From Candidatus Faecalibacterium intestinavium (GTDB taxonomy: Bacteria > Bacillota > Clostridia > Oscillospirales > Ruminococcaceae): DNA of 64,000 nt. Below, in pieces: positions 10,130-19,480 of this stretch; position 1 is the first letter of the stretch, and each line of letters begins with the position of its first letter. Location of the stretch: NCBI GenBank assembly GCA_018883885.1, contig JAHLFH010000012.1, positions 45,064-109,063 of the forward strand. The letters run 5' to 3'. The notes under the pieces were generated by a model. The model had not been told where the DNA came from and did not search any database. It was given only the letters and a program-made list of their open reading frames with translations. Both the position numbers and the translations under genes were made by a program.

Positions 10130-11587
10130 GTGCAGCTCAAAGCACAGCTGGGGGAAAACCTCTCGGCACTTGACAGGATGTTTGGCAGCTCGGCGGATTA
10201 TTATGCAAAGAAGATTCGGCTCTATGGCTGTCCCGGCGCAATCCTGATTTTTGACGGCATGGCCAGCCTGGAAACCCTCTGGACCCTTCTGCTTGATACG
10301 GTCAGCCGGGAAAGCCCCCCGGCCTTTGGGGCTCCGGTCTGCCATACCGGGGCGGAGGTCTACCAGGCACTGATGGACCGTTCCGATCTTCCCGCCCAAA
10401 ACGCCGTCATCAACGATCTTGACACGGTCGTGATGTTTCTCACAGCGGGAATGGCGGTCCTGCTTTTGGACGGGTGCGAGAAAGCCATCGCATTTTCGGT
10501 CCAGAGCATGAATTTCCGCCCGGTGGGGGAACCCTCCGGGGAAGGAAACCTGCGGGGTTCACGGGAAGGATTTACGGACCTTCTGCGGGTGAATCTGAGC
10601 TTGCTGCGGCGGTTGATCCGAACCGACGTTCTGATTATGGAAGCCGCCCAGGCGGATACCCAGATGCGGACCGAATACGCAATCTGCTATTGCAAGGGCA
10701 GGGCGGACCCAAAGATGGTGGAGAAGATTCGAAAAACCTTGAAGGAGGCCCGGCCCGAGTTTCTGCTGGACTCCAGTTATTTTGTGCCCTGGCTGCTCCC
10801 CAGCAGGACCCGCCTTTTCTCCCCGGTGAGCTATACCGAGCGCCCGGCGGTGGCGGCGGCAAAGCTCTGCGAGGGAAAAATCGTCATTCTGGTCAACGGA
10901 AGCCCGTCGGCGCTGGTGGTCCCGGCCCTCTTTGCCGAAAATTTTGAGTGCCTCGACGATTACGCCACCACAGCCGCTTTCTCTTCCTTTCTGAGAATCC
11001 TGAAATACGTTTCTTTTTTTCTCACCGTCTTTCTCCCGGGGGGCTTCGTCTGCCTGGCGGTGTATCTGCCGGAGCTGATTCCGCCCCAGCTGCTCTATAA
11101 AATCATGGCCGCAGAGCGAGCCACCCCGCTGCCTTTGTTCGCCGAGATGATTATGGTCATTCTGATTCTGGAAATTATCCGGGAGGCCGGGCTGCGGATG
11201 CCCCAGTCTCTGGGCCATTCGGTGAGCCTTGTGGCGGCTTTAATCATTGGGGATGCCGCCATTGCCGCCGGGCTGATGAGTACGCCGGTCATCCTGGTGG
11301 GCAGCATCACCTCCATTGCCGTCTTTATCACCCCCTCCCTCTATGAATCCGCGACCCTGCTCCGGCTGATTGTCGTCGCTGCCGCGGGGTTGGCCGGGCC
11401 GGTGGGGCTGGTTGCGGCGTTCCTGTTTTTCGTGTTCAGCCTCTCCGGCGTGTCGGTGATGGGGGTGCCGTATCTCGCGGACCGGCCGTTCCCGCAGCGC
11501 CCCATTTCAGAGGATGGGATGATCCGGAAAAATTACCGCACCCTCTCCCGGGAACCGTTCAACATCTGGCACAAGCGGAGGGAATGA
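10130..11587 (+). CDS. Spore germination receptor A subunit (GerA family)
   Basis: EPSGEGNLRGSREGF, TERP, EIIREAGLRMP, LIIGDAA; GTG start after AAGGACGGTG (ATG 10076 is an alternative). Confidence 0.9.
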   Translation: MQLKAQLGENLSALDRMFGSSADYYAKKIRLYGCPGAILIFDGMASLETLWTLLLDTVSRESPPAFGAPVCHTGAEVYQALMDRSDLPAQNAVINDLDTVVMFLTAGMAVLLLDGCEKAIAFSVQSMNFRPVGEPSGEGNLRGSREGFTDLLRVNLSLLRRLIRTDVLIMEAAQADTQMRTEYAICYCKGRADPKMVEKIRKTLKEARPEFLLDSSYFVPWLLPSRTRLFSPVSYTERPAVAAAKLCEGKIVILVNGSPSALVVPALFAENFECLDDYATTAAFSSFLRILKYVSFFLTVFLPGGFVCLAVYLPELIPPQLLYKIMAAERATPLPLFAEMIMVILILEIIREAGLRMPQSLGHSVSLVAALIIGDAAIAAGLMSTPVILVGSITSIAVFITPSLYESATLLRLIVVAAAGLAGPVGLVAAFLFFVFSLSGVSVMGVPYLADRPFPQRPISEDGMIRKNYRTLSREPFNIWHKRRE

Positions 11588-11588
11588 G

Positions 11589-12446
11589 ATGATTGAATCC
11601 AAAGGCATTTCCGTCTCTGCGCTGGGGCTGGGGCTGGCCTGCGCAGCGATGGCGCAAAACTTTGCGTCTGTGGGCGACACCCTTTCCGCCAGGGAGCAGA
11701 TTCTTTTTGGGCTGCCGGGCGCGGCGGCCCTTTCGGCAGCTTCGCTTCTGTTCAGTGGGCTTGCGATGCGGTATCGGATTTTTGAATCCGGCACGGCGCT
11801 CAGCCGGTGCGCAAACGCCGCTTTTCTGCTCTGGTTTGGTGCAGAGCTTGCCCGAACGGTGCTGGACGCCCAGTCGGTCTGCCGCCAGCAGTTCGGCAGC
11901 AACGCCCTGATCGGACTTTTGCCCCTTCTGGTCCTGCTGAGCGGGTGGATGGAAAACCACGCCTACAACTACACCGCCCGCATCCTGTGGTGGCTGCTGC
12001 TGGCCGCGGGGGCGGTCTGTGTCATAGGGCTTGCCGGGCAGATGCACTGGCAGAGGCTGTTCGGCCCGGAAACCAGCTCTGTCTGGCAGACGCCGCTGCC
12101 GCAGCTTGCCCTTTATCCGGAGTATTTTTCCCTCGCGTTTCTCTGTATCCGGGGCAGAGAGCGCAGCGGGGCCTTCCTCCCGTTCTGGGCCTTTGGCATT
12201 CAGGCAGGGTATTCTCTGGCGCTGGAGCTGGTGCTGGGGCGGATGCGCAGCCCGGACTATACGGGCCTTGAACTTTTGAGGGCCTGGGGATTCGGCTTCT
12301 TTTCCCGGTTGGATGCAGTGCTGATTCTGATTTGGCTTGCCATCGCGCTGTTCCGAATCTGCTTTCTCTGTTCCTGCATCCAGCTTCTCTGGCGGCGGAG
12401 CGTGGCCCTCGTGCCCGGCAGGGCGGGAAAGGAGGGCCGGGCATGA
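11589..12446 (+). CDS. Divergent GerB-like membrane subunit
   Basis: Polytopic, FFSRLDAVLILIW resembles GerAB F.ER.D motif; position after gerA. Confidence 0.6.
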   Translation: MIESKGISVSALGLGLACAAMAQNFASVGDTLSAREQILFGLPGAAALSAASLLFSGLAMRYRIFESGTALSRCANAAFLLWFGAELARTVLDAQSVCRQQFGSNALIGLLPLLVLLSGWMENHAYNYTARILWWLLLAAGAVCVIGLAGQMHWQRLFGPETSSVWQTPLPQLALYPEYFSLAFLCIRGRERSGAFLPFWAFGIQAGYSLALELVLGRMRSPDYTGLELLRAWGFGFFSRLDAVLILIWLAIALFRICFLCSCIQLLWRRSVALVPGRAGKEGRA

Positions 12447-13435
12447 AGAAACCCTCCTCTCTTTACCGGATCAAGTATCTTGCGGCGGCGCTCCTGGCCG
12501 TCTATTGCTTTGCCTTCTTCCGGACGGACAGCACACAGGAGAGCATCGTCCGGGCCATTCTGCTGGAGCAGGATGCTTCCAGCTGGACAGTGGGCCTGCT
12601 CTATCAGGCGCCCGAGGCCTCCGCCGATTCGTCGGAGGCCAGCGGGGAGATTCGGTTTGTCGCAGCCCGGGAGGCAACGCTCGAAAGGGCGCTTGCCTCC
12701 GCGCAGGAAACGCTGCCTCAGGCGCCCAACTATCGGCTCTGTGATTTTCTGCTCCTGACGCCGGGCAGCTCATGGCAGACTTTGCAGGAATATGAAGCCC
12801 TTGTTCTCAATCAGCAGTGCGGGCGGACGGCCGCTCTGGTCCAATCCTGCGGTTTCTCCTGCGCCGAGCTGTCGGAAGAAAGCGAAGCGTCCGAAAATAT
12901 CCTTTCCAGCTTGCTGGAAACCGTCAAGGCCGCGGAGGAGCTTTCGCCGCGTCTTTATCAGCAGAACCTCACCGCAGGCCTGCTTCTGCCCCGGGTTTCG
13001 ATCCAAGACGGGGAGGCTTCGTTGGCGGAGGAGGGCGCGTTTCTGACCCAAAACGGGGTGGAGAAATGGGACCAGCAGAAAACCGAGCTGTACCGGCTTC
13101 TGACCGGGCAGGGGGGGACAAGGCGGTTCTGGCCGGATGGGCATCCTCTTTCGCTGGGGCGGTGCACCCTTTCGGTGACCTGCCTGCGAGAAGGGGAGTT
13201 CGTTCTCCGGATCGACTGTCACACAGCAGCGGGGCAAACCCCGGACCCAAAATACAGCCGGTGGCTGGCTGAAGCCTGCCAGAGTGCGGTCGCCGCGTTT
13301 TGGGCCGAAGGGCAGGACGTTCTTGGGCTGGGGGCCTGTCAGGCGCTGCGGCAAGGGCCGGAAAGCTGGCTGGACCCTGCAAAAAACGCCTGCCCGCAGG
13401 TGCGGACAGACGTTCGGTTTACAGCCTTTTTGTAA
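12443..13435 (+). CDS. Divergent GerC-like subunit
   Basis: N-terminal hydrophobic segment, third gene of ger operon, ATGA overlap with gerB-like gene, QDVLGLG near C-terminus. Confidence 0.55.
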   Translation: MKKPSSLYRIKYLAAALLAVYCFAFFRTDSTQESIVRAILLEQDASSWTVGLLYQAPEASADSSEASGEIRFVAAREATLERALASAQETLPQAPNYRLCDFLLLTPGSSWQTLQEYEALVLNQQCGRTAALVQSCGFSCAELSEESEASENILSSLLETVKAAEELSPRLYQQNLTAGLLLPRVSIQDGEASLAEEGAFLTQNGVEKWDQQKTELYRLLTGQGGTRRFWPDGHPLSLGRCTLSVTCLREGEFVLRIDCHTAAGQTPDPKYSRWLAEACQSAVAAFWAEGQDVLGLGACQALRQGPESWLDPAKNACPQVRTDVRFTAFL

Positions 13436-13437
13436 TT

Positions 13438-14787
13438 TCAGTGAGCCAGCTCAAAGGTCACTGTGATAGTGGTTCCCACGTTGACCTCGCTCTCAAGCTT
13501 GATCCGCGCGTTATGGATGCGGGCGATATTTTTTACAATGGCCAGGCCCAGGCCGGTGCCTCCGGTGGCTTTGCTGCGGCTTTTGTCTACCCTGTAAAAG
13601 CGCTCAAATACGCTGGACTGCGCTTCCTTCGGAATGCCGATGCCATTGTCGCGGACGGTCAGGTATGCGTGGCCGTCCCGGGTACATCCCGCCATAAGCT
13701 GGACCTTGCCGCCGGGGCGGTTATACCGGATGGCATTGTCGCATAAGTTCTGGCACAGTTCTTCCAGAAGGGTCCGGGACCCAAGAACCGGCGCACTCTC
13801 GCCCAGATAGCTCAGGGCGATATAAGCGTGGCGGGCGTTGACCTTCTGCCGCTCGACGCACTCCTTCGCCAGTTCCAGCAAATCCACCTGCTCCATGGCG
13901 ACCGCTTCTCCTTCGGGGCGGACGCCGTCCAGATGGGAAAGCTCCAGAATGTCGTTCACCAGGCGGATCATCCGGCTGGCCTCGCTGTGGATTTTTGCGC
14001 CGAACTGCGCCATGTCCTCAGGTTTTGCCAGCCCGGTTTCAATCAGTTCTGCGTAGCCGGAGATGCTGGTCAGCGGCGTTTTCAGCTCGTGGCTGACGTT
14101 GGCGGTAAATTCCTGGCGCATCTTCTCGTTGTTTTCCCGGAGGACGCGGTCGGAATGGATGGCCTCTGCAAAGGGGACCAGTTCGCGGTAGGGGACGTTC
14201 TCCTGAATGTGGTCGAGGTCGTCGGTCATCCGCAGCACCGGCTGGATCAGGCTCCGGGTCAAAAACCCGGCGGTGAGGGCCGCAATCCCCATCATCAATA
14301 GACAACTCAGAAGGATGGCAGGCAGCGCTTCGTCATAAATGGCCCAGAGGCTCTGGGCGTCCTGCGCCGCACGCAGAATGTTTCCGTCCTCAAGCTGCAC
14401 GGCGTAGTAGTAGGTCTCGAATCCCATGGTTTGGGAGTCCCGGATATCCTGGCCGATGCCGGTGCGCAGCGCCTGCTGGATTTCCGGGCGGCTGAGATGG
14501 TTTTCCATCGGCTGGCTGGTCGCCGTCTCATAAAGAACCTCGCCATCGGGAGAGATCAGCGTCAGCCGGATTTCGCCGTCCGGAGTAAGGGAAGCGAGCT
14601 CCTGCGGGGCATCCCGGCAGATTGCCGCAATCAAATCGGTCTGATTTTCCAGCGCATGCCAGGCCTGTTTGATGAACGCCTTATGGAATACAAAAACGCA
14701 GAGCACCGCTGTGAACACCAGGCCCAAAAAGCCCATCATGTACAAACGGTATCCGATTCTTTCTTCCATGCTGCGCATCTTTTTCAT
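13438..14787 (-). CDS. PhoR-like sensor histidine kinase
   Basis: MENHLSRPEI sensor motif, ANVSHELKTPLT H-box, DNAIRYN, DNGIGI, FERFYRVDKSRS, GTGLGLAI. Confidence 0.9.
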   Translation of the reverse strand: MKKMRSMEERIGYRLYMMGFLGLVFTAVLCVFVFHKAFIKQAWHALENQTDLIAAICRDAPQELASLTPDGEIRLTLISPDGEVLYETATSQPMENHLSRPEIQQALRTGIGQDIRDSQTMGFETYYYAVQLEDGNILRAAQDAQSLWAIYDEALPAILLSCLLMMGIAALTAGFLTRSLIQPVLRMTDDLDHIQENVPYRELVPFAEAIHSDRVLRENNEKMRQEFTANVSHELKTPLTSISGYAELIETGLAKPEDMAQFGAKIHSEASRMIRLVNDILELSHLDGVRPEGEAVAMEQVDLLELAKECVERQKVNARHAYIALSYLGESAPVLGSRTLLEELCQNLCDNAIRYNRPGGKVQLMAGCTRDGHAYLTVRDNGIGIPKEAQSSVFERFYRVDKSRSKATGGTGLGLAIVKNIARIHNARIKLESEVNVGTTITVTFELAH

Positions 14788-15473
14788 TCCTCGCTGCCTT
14801 CCCTGGCATCTGCCAGCTTATAGCCCACCTTCCGGACGGTCAGGATGTAGCCGCCCGCGCTGCCCAGCTTTTTGCGGAGCGTGCGGATGTGCATATCCAC
14901 GGTGCGGCTCTCCACCGGGATGTCGGTTCCCCACACCACCTGCAAAATGGTTTCCCGGGTGACCACCAGATTGGTGTTTTCCAGCAAAAGCCGCAGCAGG
15001 CTGTATTCCTTGTAGGTAAGTTCCACGTCCTCGCCGTTCACGGTGACGCTGTGGCGGGCGTTGTCCATCATCAGCTCATGGAAGGAATAGACGTTGGGGC
15101 GGGTCTGGGGCGCAGAGCGCCGCAGCGCCGCCCGCACCCGGCTGAGAAATTCCATAATACCGAAGGGCTTTGCAATGTAGTCGTCGGCGCCGCAGTCCAG
15201 GCCGCGGACGGTGTCCAGTTCGCTGGATTTTGCCGTAATCATGATAATCGGCAGCCGCCGCAGGGAGGGGGTGTTGCGCAGTTTTTTCAGGATGGAAAAG
15301 CCATCCTCACCCGGCAGCATGACGTCCAGAATCACAAGCTCCGGTTCGGCAGTCCGCATGGCCTGCCAAAAGGACTCTCCCGATTCAAACGAGGCCGTTT
15401 CATAGCCGCTGGATTGCAGCGCGTACTGCTCCAGCTCCCGAATCGCGGAGTCGTCCTCTACAATATAGATCAT
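14784..15473 (-). CDS. OmpR/PhoB-family response regulator (PhoP-like)
   Basis: VEDD, LDVMLP, KPF, SRTVDMHIRTLRKKL winged helix. Confidence 0.92.
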   Translation of the reverse strand: MIYIVEDDSAIRELEQYALQSSGYETASFESGESFWQAMRTAEPELVILDVMLPGEDGFSILKKLRNTPSLRRLPIIMITAKSSELDTVRGLDCGADDYIAKPFGIMEFLSRVRAALRRSAPQTRPNVYSFHELMMDNARHSVTVNGEDVELTYKEYSLLRLLLENTNLVVTRETILQVVWGTDIPVESRTVDMHIRTLRKKLGSAGGYILTVRKVGYKLADAREGSEE

Positions 15474-15476
15474 GTT

Positions 15477-17264
15477 TTATTTTTCCTCCGTGCGGTTTTC
15501 CGTAGTGGCAGGGAAGGGGTAACGGGCGCGGTAGCGGTCCAGCCGGCGGCGGAACACTTCACTTTCCTCCGCTGCATTGCCGTGGCGCAGGTCCTTCAAA
15601 TAGGCATGGGTATCAAAGCTGTCCTGGGCAACCTCAATCTGTGCCACAGCCACGTTGCTGCAATGGTCGCAGACGCGGGAGTAGCTTGTCAGCAAATCAT
15701 CCAGCACAAAACCATATTCGATGGAACAGCTTCCCGCCTGCAGGCGGGCGATGTGACGGGATTTGATGGCCCGGACCAGTTCGTTGACCACCGTTTCCAT
15801 GGGCTCCACCTTGCCCGCCAGGTGCAGATCGTCCTTCCGGAACGCCTCGGTGGCGCGGTTGAGCAGATCCTGAACCACGTCCTCCAGCACCTGCAATTCC
15901 TCGCGGGCGTCCTGAGAGAAAGCAATCGTTTTTTCGTGGATCTCCCGGGCGCTCTCCAGAACGCTGACGGAATAGTCGCTGATCCGCTCAAAATCGCTGA
16001 TGGTGTGCAGCAGCGTGTTGACCTGCTTGCTGTCCTCGTGGCTCAGCTCGTGGCTGGACAGCTTGACAAGGTAAGTGCCGATGGCGTCCTCGTATTTATC
16101 GACCTTTTTTTCCTCCTCGGCAACCTTCCGGGCCAGTTCTTCATTCCAGCTGTGGGTCAGGCTCATGGCCTGGAGAACGCCCACACGGGCCAGCTCTGCC
16201 ATATCAGAAGTGGCGGAGCGGGCGCGCTCTGCCGCGACGGCCGGAGTGTTCAGAAGACGCTCGTCCAGCAGGACAAATTTCTCTTCCTTGGCGTCGTCAG
16301 GAATGGTGAGGATGGCCAGCTTTTCCAGAACATTGGCGAAGGGGAGAAGGATGATGGTGGTGCAAAGGTTAAAGGTCGAGTGAACCACGGCGATGCCCCA
16401 GGGTTCGATGATGTCGCTGACAAAGCTGAAATGGAGGATGCTGTTCAGAGAATAGAAGCCGATCAGGAAAATGGTCACGCCGATGATGTTGAAATAGAGA
16501 TGGACCATTGCGGCGCGGCGGGCATTTTTGTTGGTGCCCACAGAGGAGATCAGCGCAGTCGCACAGGTGCCGATGTTCTGGCCCATGATGATGGGCAGGG
16601 CGCTGCCGTAGGTGATGACGCCGGTGGAACTAAGCGCCTGCAGGATGCCGACGCTGGCGCTGGAACTCTGGATGACGGCGGTCAGGATGGTGCCCGCCAG
16701 CACGCCGAGAATGGGGTTGGAGAACTGGACAAAAAGATTGGTAAACCATGGCTCATTTTCCAGCGGCTCTACTGCGGCGGACATGGCGCTCATGCCGGTC
16801 ATCAGGATCGCAAAACCAATAAAAATGGTGCCGATGCCCTTTTTGCGCTCGCTGCGGCACATGTACAGCAGGATGCCGAGGAAGGCCAGAAGCGGGCTGA
16901 AGGAACTGGGCTTGAGCATCTGGATCAGCAGGGTATCGCCCTCCAGGCCGGAAAGGCTCAGCAGCCAGCTGGTGACCGTGGTGCCGACGTTGCTGCCCAT
17001 GATGATGCCGATGGCCTGGTGAAGCTGCATGATGCCGCTGTTGACAAAGCCGACCACCATGACGGTGGTGGCGCTGGAGCTCTGGATGATGGCCGTTACG
17101 ATAAGACCCAGGGCAAAGCCTTTGAGGGGGTTATCGGTAAGGCGGCTCAGGATTTTCTGAAGCTGGCCGCCCGCCTGCTTTTCAAGCGCTTTGCCCATGG
17201 TGTCCATACCGAACAAAAACAGGGCCAGGCCGCCAAACAGAGAGAATACATTAAATATGCTCAT
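15477..17264 (-). CDS. Na+/phosphate cotransporter with C-terminal PhoU-like domains
   Basis: Duplicated QSSSA motifs, GSNVGTT/GQNIGT, DFERISD and RVCDHCSN PhoU-like repeats. Confidence 0.92.
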   Translation of the reverse strand: MSIFNVFSLFGGLALFLFGMDTMGKALEKQAGGQLQKILSRLTDNPLKGFALGLIVTAIIQSSSATTVMVVGFVNSGIMQLHQAIGIIMGSNVGTTVTSWLLSLSGLEGDTLLIQMLKPSSFSPLLAFLGILLYMCRSERKKGIGTIFIGFAILMTGMSAMSAAVEPLENEPWFTNLFVQFSNPILGVLAGTILTAVIQSSSASVGILQALSSTGVITYGSALPIIMGQNIGTCATALISSVGTNKNARRAAMVHLYFNIIGVTIFLIGFYSLNSILHFSFVSDIIEPWGIAVVHSTFNLCTTIILLPFANVLEKLAILTIPDDAKEEKFVLLDERLLNTPAVAAERARSATSDMAELARVGVLQAMSLTHSWNEELARKVAEEEKKVDKYEDAIGTYLVKLSSHELSHEDSKQVNTLLHTISDFERISDYSVSVLESAREIHEKTIAFSQDAREELQVLEDVVQDLLNRATEAFRKDDLHLAGKVEPMETVVNELVRAIKSRHIARLQAGSCSIEYGFVLDDLLTSYSRVCDHCSNVAVAQIEVAQDSFDTHAYLKDLRHGNAAEESEVFRRRLDRYRARYPFPATTENRTEEK

Positions 17265-17320
17265 GATTCTTCCTCGTTTCTGTTTTTACAAAAAATTTGC
17301 TTTCCATTCTCCATAGTTTG

Positions 17321-17376
17321 AGTATAGTGGGAGGATGTAAAATCTGAAATCGAAACGATGTAAAATCCATGTAAAA
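17321..17376 (-). promoter_or_regulatory. Pho-box-like repeats and -10 of the Na/Pi-phoPR operon
   Basis: Minus strand TTTTACAT three times (two 11 bp apart, third 23 bp away) upstream of TATACT at 17326-17321. Confidence 0.65.
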
Positions 17377-17502
17377 CAGCTGCGGCGCCGGGGCAGCGCA
17401 TTATTATTATAGGTAAATGGACGGCCCAATACAACCTCCCTGAAAATTTTTGGCGGGCGGGGCGGCGATTCCTGCCGGAAAAGAGAAGATACCGGCAGAG
17501 AA

Positions 17503-17531
17503 TTGTAATCCGGCTGAAATTTTATTATAAT
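17503..17531 (+). promoter_or_regulatory. SigA promoter of hprK operon
   Basis: TTGTAA-N17-TATAAT. Confidence 0.7.
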
Positions 17532-17588
17532 AGAGCCAACCGATCGACACCGGAAATGCTGCCGATCTCATCACGGGAGGAAAAGAAT

Positions 17589-18524
17589 ATGGGAACTTTT
17601 GCTGTTTCACTCAACAAATTGACCGAAAAGGTCAGCCTGGATGTTGTCTATACCCCCTGCGAGCTGGAAAAAATCAGCGTGGAGATTGCAGAGGTCAACC
17701 GCCCGGGCCTGTTTCTGGCCGGGTATTATGAATACTTTGACAAGCTGCGCCTTCAGATTCTGGGCCTGGCCGAGATGAATTTCCTTTCGGAACAGACGCC
17801 GGAGCGCCGGTATGAAGCGCTGGACCACCTGTTTGGCCAAAATCCCCCTGCCGTGATTGTCTGCCGCAGCGAGGAGCTGGAGCCTTTCCCCGAAATGCTG
17901 GAACTCGCCCAGAAATACGGCGTGGCGCTTCTGCGTTCCAACGAGACCACCTGCACCCTGATGGGAAGCCTCATCACGGTGCTGAATATGGAGCTGGCCC
18001 CCCGGGTGACCCGCCACGGCGTTTTGGTGGAAGTGTACGGCGAGGGTATCCTGATTCTGGGGGACAGCGGAATCGGAAAAAGCGAGCTGGCCATCGAACT
18101 GGTCAAACGGGGCCACCGTCTTGTGGCGGATGACGCGGTGGAACTGCGCAAGGTGACCAACCGGCGAATCCGGGGCACCGCGCCGGAGAACATCCGCCAC
18201 TTCATCGAGCTGCGGGGCGTGGGCCTTGTCAACATTGCCCGTCTGTACGGCGTGGGCGCCGTCAAGCTGAGCGAGAGCGTGGACCTTGTGGTCGAACTGG
18301 AAGCCTGGGACCCCCACAAAAACTACCAGCGCACCGGTCTGGAAACAGAATTCTATGATATCTTGGGCGTCAGCATCCCGTATACCGCCATCCCGGTCTC
18401 TCCCGGACGGAACCTCGCTGTGGTTCTGGAAACGGCGGCCATCAACAACCGACAGAAGAAGATGGGCTACAATGCAGCGAGGGAACTGCTGAGCCGTCTG
18501 GGCCTGGAAGACGACCTGAACTGA
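17589..18524 (+). CDS. hprK: HPr kinase/phosphorylase
   Basis: NRPGL, HGVLV, GDSGIGKSE, LVADD, IELRGVG, PGRNLA. Confidence 0.97.
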   Translation: MGTFAVSLNKLTEKVSLDVVYTPCELEKISVEIAEVNRPGLFLAGYYEYFDKLRLQILGLAEMNFLSEQTPERRYEALDHLFGQNPPAVIVCRSEELEPFPEMLELAQKYGVALLRSNETTCTLMGSLITVLNMELAPRVTRHGVLVEVYGEGILILGDSGIGKSELAIELVKRGHRLVADDAVELRKVTNRRIRGTAPENIRHFIELRGVGLVNIARLYGVGAVKLSESVDLVVELEAWDPHKNYQRTGLETEFYDILGVSIPYTAIPVSPGRNLAVVLETAAINNRQKKMGYNAARELLSRLGLEDDLN

Positions 18525-18548
18525 CCGGGCGGAAAGGATGAAACGATT

Positions 18549-19454
18549 TTGAGTTTGGACCGATTGAAAGAACGTCTTGAGGCTGGGACTATCCCGCTGC
18601 GCGAAAACGAGCCGCTGGCAGGGCACTGCACCTTTAAAATCGGCGGCCCCGCGCGGTTGTTTGTGATGCCGCAGGATGAGGCGCAGCTCTGCGGGGCGGT
18701 TTCCCTGTGCCGGGAAGAATCTGTGCCCTATTATCTTTTGGGAAACGGCAGCAACATCCTCTTTGGAGACGGCGGATGGGGCGGGGCGGTCGTTGATATT
18801 TCCGCTCTGCACGGCGCTGTGGAGCAGGAGGGCTGCCTGCTCCGGGCCGGGGCGGGCGTCCTGCTGAGCGTACTGTGCAAGTCGGCCCTGCACGCGGGGC
18901 TGACCGGCCTTGAGTTTGCCTACGGCATTCCGGGCACGGTAGGCGGAGCCGTCTATATGAATGCCGGCGCGTACGGCGGAGAGATGAAAGACGTTCTTGC
19001 CCGGGTGCGGTATCTGACCCGGGAAGGGGAGATCTGCTGCGCGGAGGCGGTCGAGCTGGACCTGAGCTATCGGCACAGCGTTTTTGAAGAAAACGGCGGC
19101 TGCATTTTGTCGGCCGAATTCCGCCTCCAACCGGGAGACCCGAAGGAGATTCAGGCCAGGATGGAGGATCTGATGGGCCGTCGGAGAGACAAGCAGCCTC
19201 TGGACCAGCCCAGCGCAGGCAGCACCTTCAAGCGCCCGGCGGGGGCGTTTGCCGGGGCTTTGATCGAACAATGCGGGCTGAGGGGCTACCGCCGCGGCGG
19301 CGCGGCCATCAGCGAAAAACACTGTGGGTTCGTGGTCAATCTGGGCGGCGCAAGCTGTGAGGACGTGCTGAAGCTCTGCGAGGAAGTTTCTTCCATTGTG
19401 GAAGAAAAAACCGGTTTCAAGCTGGAAAAGGAAATCCGCGTGGTGGAAGGCTGA
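18549..19454 (+). CDS. murB: UDP-N-acetylmuramate dehydrogenase
   Basis: TFKIGG, GNGSN, GIPGTVGGAVYMNAGAYG, PSAGSTFK, KHCGF; TTG start. Confidence 0.96.
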   Translation: MSLDRLKERLEAGTIPLRENEPLAGHCTFKIGGPARLFVMPQDEAQLCGAVSLCREESVPYYLLGNGSNILFGDGGWGGAVVDISALHGAVEQEGCLLRAGAGVLLSVLCKSALHAGLTGLEFAYGIPGTVGGAVYMNAGAYGGEMKDVLARVRYLTREGEICCAEAVELDLSYRHSVFEENGGCILSAEFRLQPGDPKEIQARMEDLMGRRRDKQPLDQPSAGSTFKRPAGAFAGALIEQCGLRGYRRGGAAISEKHCGFVVNLGGASCEDVLKLCEEVSSIVEEKTGFKLEKEIRVVEG

Positions 19455-19480
19455 ACGGAGAGAGCAAGGGGAATTATGGA

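Noticed and set aside
14889-17321. 810-aa + strand ORF and other long antisense ORFs (e.g. 17607-19751, 39013-41073, 4428-6104)
   Set aside because: They are shadows of well-supported genes on the opposite strand, expected with high GC3, and lack motifs or RBS.
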